Shown piece after piece: positions 46,001 to 58,000 of a DNA stretch of 64,000 nucleotides. Source of the stretch: Tubulanus polymorphus (lineage: Eukaryota; Animalia; Nemertea); contig NC_134030.1 of NCBI RefSeq assembly GCF_964204645.1, positions 19,056,210-19,120,209 on the forward strand, given 5' to 3'. The first letter of the stretch is position 1; each line of letters starts with the position of its first letter. The position numbers were made by a program, and so were the translations under genes. The notes below the pieces were generated by a model. That model did not search any database, had not been told where the DNA came from, and saw nothing but the letters and a program-made list of their open reading frames with translations.

Positions 46001-49000
46001 TTATAAGTAAGATAATATCAGTTGCGGGTGGGAAAAGTTCCCTGAGAAATATTGCCTTTGTGTTTTCAAAAGGGCACGGGAAAATTGCGATGGGAGCACG
46101 TGCTTGTTGTGCTCCAGTCAGGATACGCCCTGTGGCTGGCTATACGGATCTGAATCGCGGTCATTCATTAACCGTGTATATATAAGGCATGTACGCGCCT
46201 AACTATAGACGTTTCAATTACCGATTTGAGAGCGTGGGGTACATAGGTTACGTGTCGAGCACATTCTCGAGTAGGTGCAGTTTCGGCGCGATAAGTCAAA
46301 ACGGCCTCCTTTCAATCACGTACAGGTAGCACTTCTGAATAAGCAAATACGTGATTTAATTACTGGGTTATATTTCCCGGATATTGGGTTAGGTTACCGG
46401 TCGGGTCTGCTCGTCGCCGATAAAGGGATAAAGAAAATCCGATTGGTATTTGTTTTTTTTGTCGCTGCCGTAAAAAGGGCAAATGAAGGATTCGGCGACG
46501 CTTAGCTCGTAATATGAAAATGACAGCGCGTGTTTTGTGCGACTGCAGATTACAGAATTCAATTTGTTTCTACATAAATTCAGTCTTTGATACGCGAAGC
46601 CAATTAGCCCACGTCCGAACAAGGCGAAAGTGCTATTAGCAACATTTGTGATATATTGTGTCTGAGGGAACGGGTCAGCTGCGGACGTACAGCGATGTCT
46701 AAGATCAGAGTCCAGCCTTAGCTCCTTTTTGTTCTATACACTGTGCCAATTTCTTAAAACAGTTCGACCTAATTTCATGTTTGTTTTACTAATCTAACTC
46801 TAACAATTTAAGAGCAGGCTAAACTCATTTTGGTTCTATAACCAATCTAACAACTTAAGACCAGTCTAAACTCATTTTGGTTCAATAACCAATCTAACAA
46901 CTTAAGACCAGTCTAAACTCATTTTGGTTCTATAATCAATCTAACAACTTAAGACCAGTCTAAACTCATTTTGGTTCTATAACCAATCTAACAACTTAAG
47001 ACCAGTCTAAACTCATTTTGGTTCTATAATCAATCTAACAACTTAAGACCAGTCTAAACTCATTTTGATTCTATAACCAATCTAACAACTTAAGACCAGT
47101 CTAAACTCATTTTGGTTCTAGCCAATCTTACTTCTTAAGTCTAATCAAACTTTTTGTTCTATCAATCTAACAATTTAAGAGCAGGCTAAGCTCATTTTGG
47201 TTCTATAACCAATGTAACAACTACAGGCAATTCCTAGAATTCAATCTTGCCATACAATGCGTCTAGTTTGCCTAGAAACGTTATATTCATTTCTATGCAA
47301 TGACGTACATTTTGTTGAGCTTCTAAAAAATACTTCGTATCAAAATTTCATCTTACCGTCAACGTGAAATCTCGCGGTGTAGTTGACTTTGGCGGCGAGA
47401 TTTGAAGCTATGCACGTGTAGTTACCATTGTGACGAGGCGTCGAATCACCGATTGACAGTGTACTGGAAAACGTGTCCAGTTGCTGAAAACATTAAAACA
47501 AAATAACTGTTTTTTTCAAAACTTAGATATTCGGTAAATTCAAGAGGTTCTCGGTTCATTGATATCAAAAACCACGCCCTCGAGTGAAATTCTTCCGAAT
47601 TCCAGATAATAGACATTCTATCAGTACTTTTTCCAAAACTGATCGTCTTTTTGAAAAATGAACTACAAACACCATGCACATGGCGGGTTTAGATAGAAAT
47701 AGGTATTCCAAATTTTGAGACTTCATTCACCCTCTTTCAAAAACGTGCCTTCAAATAAATAGGCACTCAACATTCATTAAAAAGGTCGTTTGAAAGTCTT
47801 TGTAGAAACCCCCGGTTATAGAGATTCCGTTGAAGCATTTAAAAGAAAAGATCCTCACGAATCCAAATCACATTTTGTATCACTGAAAGGGTGGCTCCAG
47901 AACGCAGATCGATAAATTAGGATTCGAACCCATTCATTGCGAATAGGTATTTTCTTTTTCTTTACTTACATGAAGCACGACTCCTAAGTCAGGCGGTATA
48001 GGTTTACCGTCTTTAACCCACGACATCGTGATCGGGGAATCCCCGCTGCTGACGAAACAGGCCACTCTGACGCGTTCTCCTTGTTTTCTCTGCGGGAACC
48101 GGAACGGGTCAATATGGGGCGGTTCTACAAAACAAACCGAAACAAAAAACATATTTCAAATCTCTGATTCTGATCATTTTTAGCAATGTTGGTTTCCATA
48201 GACAAGTGGCTGTCCAATATCAATAGTAGATAAAACCCACAATAAAAAGAAAAAACTATCTTGATAGTTTTTTTTTATATTGTGGGTTTTATCTACTATT
48301 TTTAGCAATGGCTGAAATACGGAAGATCGCAAAAGGTCCTAGTTCAAGAAGCGCTAGGACTGTAATTTGCATAATTCAGGCGAGATACGAGATTGGTGAA
48401 ATTCTAATTTCTTTGCACATTATCATTCCACATTCAAAACGTTTTTTTGAATAGTTTTCTCATTTTTTCACCACATTTTGAAATTCGCAGAAAATAGAAA
48501 TATATTTTCACGTTTAGAAGTTTTTAAACAATCCAACAGAGTTCTAACAACGGAACAGCACCAAGCATATCAAACATTTCCGAAATTGTCCAAAACTGTG
48601 CAAAGAAATGTCAACTGATTTCGACAATTTTTCACGGCTTAGATATCAATCTAACGAACCCGATTGATACTTGTGATACAGAGGACGTCAACATTCGTAT
48701 TTAAAATATATTATGTAATACATGTCTATATTATAATTCTTTTAAAACCAATTTTATCCTTATCATTTCAATCCCGACCTTATACACTTCACTCGGCACT
48801 GGTCATTTGGACTTTGTCCTACTGACGTCTGGCCATTGTCTCTAGTGGAGCAGTATAAATTCATGTGACTCTCTTTCTCTTTCGCTCTCTTTCTCTTTCG
48901 CTCTCTTTCCTCTTTGGCTCTTGTCTCGACAATGAATTTAATTATTTGAATATCGTTTGTGTTTGGTGACTATTCTGAGCTAGTTCCAGGTATCACTCGG

Positions 49001-52000
49001 GAATGCGTCTCTTACCCATGACTTTGACAGTGACTCCGCGACTCTGTCCGGCGTTAGCCGCGTTTTTAGCCGTGCAGACGTACTCGCCTTCGTCGTAACT
49101 GCGTTGAATGTTCAGGATGGATAACGTGCCGTCCTCGCTGACCTGTTGTCGGTGATTGATCGGCAACTGAATTCCACCTGTCGATGATTATACTCAAAGT
49201 TGATAAAAACGGTTACAATATCATCGAGTTTTTCTTATCGTTTTCAGCGTATTTCCAGGTGTTTTCTAGACTTAAAGGATTCGGTTGCTCTTTAAGTTCT
49301 TAAAGATGGCACATATACAGTCGAAACTTTAAAAAGTTCATTAATCTATCAACATGAAAATAGACGTCGGATCAGTTGGGACAGCTGAAACCCGCATCAA
49401 ACGTTCAACAAATCCGAATTCGAATCTAAAAACCGATCCGGATTAACACCGATCCGGATTAAGCCAATTTGATTTTATCGGCCTGATTAGTGTTATCAGT
49501 GTTAATGATGTTGGTTTCCCAGACGGGCACGATTTCCTATATTTTCTAAAACCAGCTCGACTCCTCCCGTGGCCTTCTGTACACACTTAGAACAAAGGGT
49601 TCTTCGGTGGATTCTTTGAAGAACCCAGTGATATATCACTCTCTTATTGTGGAATTATTTTAACGCGTTCTAATGGGATGGATACAAATTCGATTTCGGT
49701 GGGCTCGCGATATTGTTAAATTCCACGTACCTTTTGACCAGGTTATCGATGTGATTGGAAACCCTGCCACGTGACACCTGACTACCAGTTTCTCATTGGC
49801 CACGGCCGTGACGTTAGCCATTGGTCGAATGTATGGAACCCCTGAAAATAATACGATGAAGCCTTATGACATTGAACATTTATTAAGACGGGTATAAACG
49901 GAATCGTTATCATCCCAAAATAATGGTCTGTTTGCCGTTACCCGACCGACCGAAAGGTGATAGATTTATTTTTTGCCCTTAAATTTGGCAAAGAAATATT
50001 TCTACCGACTATCCTTAAAACTTGAGTCGGTGTTGAAAATTATTTTGGGATGGCCTTAATATGACTGTAGAGAGACCCAGTTCTACGGTTATGGATAGTT
50101 TAATTTGAATTTGGATCTAGTTCCACGGTCATGTAGGTAATTTTTGGATACAGTTCTAGTAGTATGCGTTATTTTTTCTCCGCTGTAACCCAGGTTAAGA
50201 TATTCAAATTTTCTAGCAAAATCGATTTCAAGCAAAATAATTAATCTTAATGGATGTCGATATATTCGGTAATGTCTTTTAAGAAAGGAATCCTTCATCC
50301 TGCATTAGACTGACATGATGAATCGAAGTCATCTCAAAAGTTAGAACGAAAATGCTCCGAATTTTCATCGCATTAATCAAAACACCTCGGACGCACGAAG
50401 ATCGCGTACCGGTTACTAATTAGCAATCAATTAGCCGTGACTAATTGATCTAATTGCGTTCCAAACAAATTGCGCTCGTTTTTTAATTGAAATCTAATTG
50501 AATTAGAAGCGAGATGAGATGTTATAGAGCGTTCTGAGCGTACCGGTTTATTCCTCATTTGCGGTGGCGCGAACATCGTGCGGTAAGGCGAGCATAATTT
50601 CTGATCTCCGCGATGAGTCACCGTGCACCCGCACTACGCGACGCTTTAAAGTCGATTTGAACAGAAAACTACAATCGCACGGGAAAACCGACGCCTCCGC
50701 TAGCTGTTTCGTCCAGCGCCCTCACCGGTGGCTATAAACAATAGATTCTCGTCAAAATTTTCGATGATATTTCCTCCGCGTGAGTTGACGATAGCGTTTT
50801 TCAAGATTTGGTTCAGTTTAAAGACTTAAGCTACCACACGAAAGACTTTAATGGGGTACCCGCAAAACCGGCTATGAGCTGTAATTCGTCCTTTGTCGAA
50901 GTTAGTTCATTTTCAATGAGCTTTGAACTAGATTTTTACTCCCGAATGCACATGATTCCACAATAGATTCCCGAATCCACAATAGATTCATTCTTCTACT
51001 CGGATGTCGGTTTAGTTTTCATTCATTTAAGAGAAAAAATGGTATATGGTGAATATATTAGTTCAGGACAAATGTCTTATACAACACCCATCCTCGCTTG
51101 CCAGGGGTCCGGTATCAGTCCCGAACTAGCTTCCACCAGCCCCCTGGCCTCACGACGCGTGATTTCATTACTGGCGCTGTTGCGCTTGACGTCATTTATC
51201 GATATGCGAAATACTTCCTTGTTCGGTAAAACTTTCGCTGATTGGTCCATTTAAGGGGAAAAAACCAACCGAAGCCCTAATGTCGTCTGTTACAAGCGCT
51301 GTGATTGGTACGACCGGATTCTGGTCTGCTAGTAACGACTCCAACGACTCGTAAGGTCAAGGGGTTCGGGGAACAGCTTTAGCGAAGTGGGTTCGAATCC
51401 CTTGACGGGTGATGATGTACAACACCATGTAAAGGACAGGTGTTGACAAATTAACAATTATGATACTTAAGTCCTGTACGCATATTGATGAATAAATTAT
51501 CTCAATTGATTTTTGTAAAAAAAGATATCGTAATGGATTTTTGGAAAAATGTTCGTTTTATGAACTATACCTGCGGTGTTTACTGCGATTGCTGAAATAT
51601 CGAATGTGTCACATACAAAATAGCGAAACGCCAGAAATCAGGCTTTAATCCATAAATCCCCGCGCAAAACAATTAACTTTAATCCCTTTCAGCTGGCGCG
51701 CATGTAAGTCGCCGAGATACGAACTGTTGTCTTTCGAAACACGAGAGCTCGTCGTGTCGATAGTGTCTGTCTTCAAGCGTGAAACAAGGGACGTTTACGA
51801 GGTACCAAACTTTACCAAAACGACTCCACAGTCAATTCCGCGTACGGGAGTTTAGTTTGAACCCATAGTTGAAATCATGATTAGTATTATTGCGAATTGG
51901 GGGATCTATAAGACATTTGAATAATTAAAAGAAAAATATATTGCACTTCTAGAAAATGATTCTGATTTATCATCACGATTAAGGCTAAAATATGATACCT

Positions 52001-55000
52001 TGTTTCTTATTCCTACTGAGCTTAAAAGTAAACCCGGCCACGTACATCATTTTTTTGTAATCATGATCAAGCTCACAATAACAACAGAAATGTTATTGTA
52101 GTTTGCAAAAGTGACCCGGCCAATTAGGAGAAAAAAAGTATCATTTTATTTTGCCTTATTCACGCAGTTTCGTGCAAGTAGGGCCAGGCGAAACTTCAAC
52201 CTAGAAATATAGAAATTCGCACAATAGATTGAAGAAAAAGTCTGAAATTTCTTCCTTGAATTTTTAGTTTATTCAATTTTTCAACTATATCCAAATAGTC
52301 ATCTTCAGGAATACATATTATGCAGTATTATTTAAGATGGCTATTAAGATACTATTAGTAAAGACATGACACATATTGTTGACTATTGGTATAGTCGAAA
52401 CCTTGAATATACTTCGAACTTAAAGGAACGTTTCGGACTTTTTTTTCAATCTGGAGTTTGATTTTCTAAATCATGGTCACAACGCGGACGAAGCCATTCA
52501 TCAAATAGATAAAATATTCTTACCGTACACAAACAATCGTGACGAATGATTTGCCGAACCGACTTTATTGATCGCCGTGCACCTGTACTGTCCGCCATCT
52601 TGAATCTGTACTTTAGTGATATTGACGTAGCTGTGCACGTCGCCATCTTGGCTGACCCAGTGGCCGACCGTGTAACGGGAAATGCTAGGTATCGGGCTGT
52701 CGTCCAGGGTCCAACTGACTGAGGGTACTGGGTTACCGGATGTCGTACAGCGGAGGGATACTTTCGACCCGGGCTGAACGTAGTCGTCGTTAAAAGTAAA
52801 ATGCATCGCTGGTTTGGCCACTGAAAAATACGCATACTAGAAAGATTAAGACGTGAATAATCTTCTTCTGGAAAAGTCTTCTTTTCACATTTGCTATCAA
52901 TATCAGTAGCATGTACGGGCCCTTAAGGCTTGGGTACCACACTAATTTGAGATATTTTCGTTAAACAGAAGCGAGGAAATGCGCGAGACATGAATTAACT
53001 TTCATAAAATTGATCTCTCACACTACACATCTGTTCAGAACTTCACCTGAGACATTTAAAAATAGAAATGAACTACAAACATCGGACATTAGATATTTTT
53101 ATCAGCTCACTTTCAGAAACTAATCGTCCACACTTCACATGTGTTCAGAACTTCACCTGAGACATTTTCAATTGAAAATGAACTACAAACACCATACTTT
53201 AGATATTTTATCAGCACACTTTCAGAAACTGATCGTCCACGCTTCGCATTTGTCCAAGGAAATAATCTGGGACATTTTATACTCATTGAGATGAACAACA
53301 ATTCGAACTTAAACTTGACCATAAGGGGGAGAATTTTTACCAAGCACCAAGTTTTATAGTGAGTTGATGTTTTTCGAAATCTTTTCGACTGCTGAGTCAA
53401 ATTATGACTTAATTTAAAACCGATTCTTAAATTTGAGCGATAAATTTGCAACTGGACCCTTACTACAATTTTACTTCCAAGATGATAAATATAGGTTGGT
53501 GGTTGTAGACTATATTGATAGTAATAGTGATTTAATTACTATAGCCCTCTTTTCACAGTGATACAGTGCTCAACGGCATTTTCTATTAAACTAGTATTAT
53601 AACCCCAGCCATCACCAGTCATCTCTTCCTGGAAAGAAGGTACATCCGAGCAACTGAATTCAGCTCAGGATTTATCTATCAGACAAGGTACCCGTTTACT
53701 CCTGGGCGGAGAGACTTTGAAAAGGTTTTTTTTTCGTTCGGTCAATGGCCCGCATGATTAGTAAAATGCAGTCCACGCCTCGGCCACATCTAGGAGGATA
53801 TTTAACAGTTGTGGTCAGTAGATAAAGAGGCACTTCAACGCGGCCGACCCGAGCACTGACGCTGGCAGTTAAACAGTAACGCATTAAACACAAGAGCTAT
53901 TTCCGCTAACATAATAACCGCCATTGCCACTGACCGGAAACGCGGATGACGATGAGAAGTGTCGCGCCGGAAATGGTACAATTACTGCGCGGTTAGCGCC
54001 GTCAAAACCATAAAACAAAAGCTTCCAGGGATTAATGTATGAATACTTGATTAAACGACGTGATAGGAGTTTTAAATGGGCAGCTAGGCTACATTCACCT
54101 GGTGTAGGTCTGCGCGCTGCATTAACGGGCGCAGAAAATATCCGCATTTCTATTTTCACTCAAAATCCTGGGAATGATGACTATAATACAAGTCCTGAAT
54201 TCAAGAAGATTTTTCTGCGGGAGAATTTTGTGCACAGTCTGTGCCGGTTGCCGATACCTAGGGATAGTTTGAGGCCCGCGTCCAACTGTTCCCGGTCATT
54301 AAAAATTTGGCCTAAATTTCGGATCCAGTCCAGCCGGACGAGCGAAAACTACGCAATTCACAAAAAATCAAATGTTGATCACTCTTGTTTCGGCAAAACC
54401 AGCACCAATAAAACATCGAAATCACCTTTTCCTCTACCAAGTGGGCACGCTGTAGCCAGAGAAGACGTTTCCAGTGTAACACACTAGAAAACCACGAAAG
54501 AAGATATCTTGACTCTTGTTTCAAGTTTGGATGTAGAACAGAGAAATGCATCATTTCCTATCTTTTACTATTGGTAACGTCTTTTTCGACTACTGCGCGT
54601 TCACTGGCTTTTCTTTTTGAGGGTTTGATTCGAAAAAGAGTAAACCTCACTTTTTCCGGTTTGTTTTTCGTATGTGCGCACGCCTGACTCTAATAACACG
54701 ATCGTTACCGAAGTACCGAAGACATAGGCCTTATTTCCCTCTAACAATTTACATTTTGCAATTTCTGCTTTATAATTAAAGTAACAAACCTTATAATTTG
54801 CAAAAGGAACTTACTTATGACTGACGTAAAAAATGTCCGGTGAACATATAATAGACAATGATCGATCACTAATGTCGTCAAATAACGTATAAACTAACAT
54901 TAAGCAACGTATAATTTCATGCTACTTATAGTTTTAGGTTTCTTGGTTTTAGGTAGTTTTTAAGTGATAAGATGTTTACGAATGTATGTAATTACCGCAT

Positions 55001-58000
55001 CGCATTCAACCGATCTGTTTGAAAATCGGTTATTTCATCAGGTTCGAAACCCTGTGAGGGAGGAACGTGGTAGAGTCTCACCATGCCATCAGGTGGCAGA
55101 GTCTCACGATGTCATCAGGTTCGAAACCCTGTGAGGGAGGAACGTGGTAGAGTCTCACCATGCCATCAGGTGGCAGAGTCTCACGATGTCATCAGGTTCA
55201 AATCCCAGCGAGGGAGGAACGTGGTAGAGTCTCACCATGCCATCAGGTGGCAGAGTCTCACGATGTCATCAGGTTCAAATCCCAGCGAGGGAGGAACGTG
55301 GTAGAGTCTCACCATGCCATCAGGTGGCAGAGTCTCACGATGTCATCAGGTTCAAATCCCAGCGAGGGAGGAACGTGGTAGAGTCTCACGATGCCATCAG
55401 GTTCAAATCCCCTCTAACAAGGAACGTGATAGAGTCTCACCACGCCATCAGGTTCAAGTCCTTGCGAGGGAGGAATGTGGCAGAGTCTCACAATGCCATC
55501 GGGTTTGAATCCCTGCGAGGGAGGAATGTGGCAGAGTCTCACAATGCCATCAGGTTTGAATCCCTGCCAGGGGGAACGCGTTTAAAGCCTCACGATGCCA
55601 TAAAATTTTGTCACGGAACAAGATCGCATGTGAATTGCAACCGGTTCTGGGACTCACTTTGGTTTGTTCAGGCATTGTTTAGTATCGAGTGAGTGGCTGA
55701 ATTTGACCGCTTAGATTCTGCTCCGTGCCAATAGGGTCGGGGCAAAATCTTCTCCGTGTGGCCGCGGCTAACGTCAAGAATAATGTTGAGGATAGGCTTA
55801 GTCGATAGTTCACTAAGTCTAAATAGTTCGGTTAAGTTTATATATGTTTGTGTGAATCAAATTAATTATCTATTTTCATTTTGTCCGGTATTTATTTATT
55901 GACGTAAATTAGTCAGGAAATAAATAAATGAATAAATAAGTCTAAAGTACACACAAACTTACCGCCGAGAGCTAATTGCGAGGTCCCCTGAGCGTTATCT
56001 CTACCATTTTTGACTAGACATTGGTACATTCCTCGATCCTGCCTTTGCACGTCTTTGATCACTAAATTGCGCGGACTCTTCAGCGTAATGCGGCCTTGGA
56101 TCTTCAGTATTTTGCCATTTTTGTACCATTTGATCGACTTGACCGGATGCCCGTAGATCGTGCAGTTGAAACTGGCCGTGTTTCCCACGTCGACGATCTG
56201 ATGAGATGGTTCCACGTGCACCGACAGGGGCGCTGTAACGGTCAGTTGCGTAATCGCGGTTTTTTGACCTAGTCTATTAGTGGCTATGCACACGTAGCGA
56301 CCGCTATCGCCGATGCCGGCGTTTTTGATGATTAGATTGCCGCTGAGTTGGCGGACTCGAGTATTCACTAAAGTTACTGAAATGCCATCTTTATTCCAGG
56401 TGAACGACGGAAGCGGGAACCCCGTGGCCGCGCAGGGTAACTCCACGGTGTCGCTTTCGCGGATTTCTAAATGAGTTAAGGCGTCTTCTATCACAGGTGC
56501 TGAGTTTACTGGATCTGAAATATATATATATATAAAATATCAAATGAACAAATTGTTTCTAGTACAATGGAGTTCTAGTTGAGTAGTAGTAGATCTTCAT
56601 CTAACATTGCTAAATGTTCAACTGTTTTGGAACTAAAATTGCGGGATATTCAGGTGACTTCAACGTAGGTACCCGGAGAACAAAGATGATATTTCCGAGG
56701 AACCGTTATTCGGTTTGATGATGATCTACTTGAAGATCCTGGTTTCGTAACAGATATTTGGCCGGGCGAAGGCACTTACTCCCATTAACCAACTACGCAT
56801 GCCGCCGACTGCTGAGCTTCCCTGGGATTTGCCCGCTGTATTTTGAGAAGCTAATCTTCTTCGGGAACCTGCTATGCAATAAGCATCTTCACCCGTCAAG
56901 GGATTCGAACCCACTACGCTAAAGCTGTTCCCCGATCCCCGAACCCCTTGACCTAACGAGTCGTTGGAGTCGTTACTAGCCGACCAGAATCCGGTCGTAC
57001 CAATCACAGCGCTTGTAACAAACGACAATAGACTTCTGTAGGTTTTTCCGTTAAATGGACCAATCAGCGAACGTTTTACCGAACAAGGAAGTCGCAAATC
57101 GATATATGACGTCATGCGCAACAGTAATGAAATCACGCTTCGTGAGGCCAGGGGGCTGGTGGAAGCGAGTTCGGGAGCAAAACCCGATCCCTGGCAAGCG
57201 AGGATGTGCAATAAGGCACGGGTGTGTATAGAAAATGCACCGCTTTCTATACATTCTACCATTTGATCGAAGGGATGCTATATACGTACCATTTATAAAA
57301 TACAATGAAGCCGGGTCACTTGATTTTTCGTCTTGAGTCAGAACGTTTTTAGTGATACATCGATAATTCAAATATCCATCTTCCATTCTTACATTGCGAA
57401 CGTGTAACTCGCCGGAATTCATGATACTGAATCGATCGCCTGAAATATGATTAAGAAAATAATATGAAGCATTCAATAGACATAGGGGCGTTATAGAGGA
57501 AACATCAAAATGCGATGCAGCAAGTGGTAATCGGTATAGTGGTAACATCAACGTATGATGCAGATTGTAGTGTCTACGGGTCGATTACAGTGTTTACATC
57601 AAAATATGATGTAGGAACTGTCCTTACTAGCGGTAATATCAAAACACGAAGAAGTAACAACCACAACATAATTTGGTTACGATTGTCGAATTGTGGTGTT
57701 GACACCAAAGTATGATGCAGGAACTCTCATTTCATTTTGGAAGCATCAAAACGTATGATAAAGGAATTTTTCAATACAAAGCCTATAAACATCAATAGCT
57801 GTGCAATTCTCTTAGAAAGTAACCTCAGGGGCTGGTTGCATAGTGATGGCTTAGACTTAAGACCAGTCAAAGACCAACTTAGTTCTATAGCCAATCTAAC
57901 AACTTTCATCGTGGGGCATCAAAACGTATGATAAAGGAATTTTTCAATACAAAGTCTATAAACATCTATAGCTGTGCAATTCTCTTAGAAGGTAACCTCA

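Noticed and set aside
43647-46622. Hidden alternative Ig7 exons in the 5.4-kb intron
   Set aside because: No ORF there shows Ig Cys/Trp/YxC signatures with splice sites; checked by eye only.
46790-47223. CRISPR-like array (also 55037-55600 and 60130-60460)
   Set aside because: Head-to-tail repeats with no unique spacers, eukaryotic intron context, no cas genes.
55083-55692. Overlapping repetitive ORFs
   Set aside because: Products of the 77-bp tandem repeat.
56726-57262. 178-aa ORF similar to ORF 51039-51254 (ILACQGSG...ASTSPLASR)
   Set aside because: The similarity comes from two copies of the same MITE; frames are not conserved between copies.
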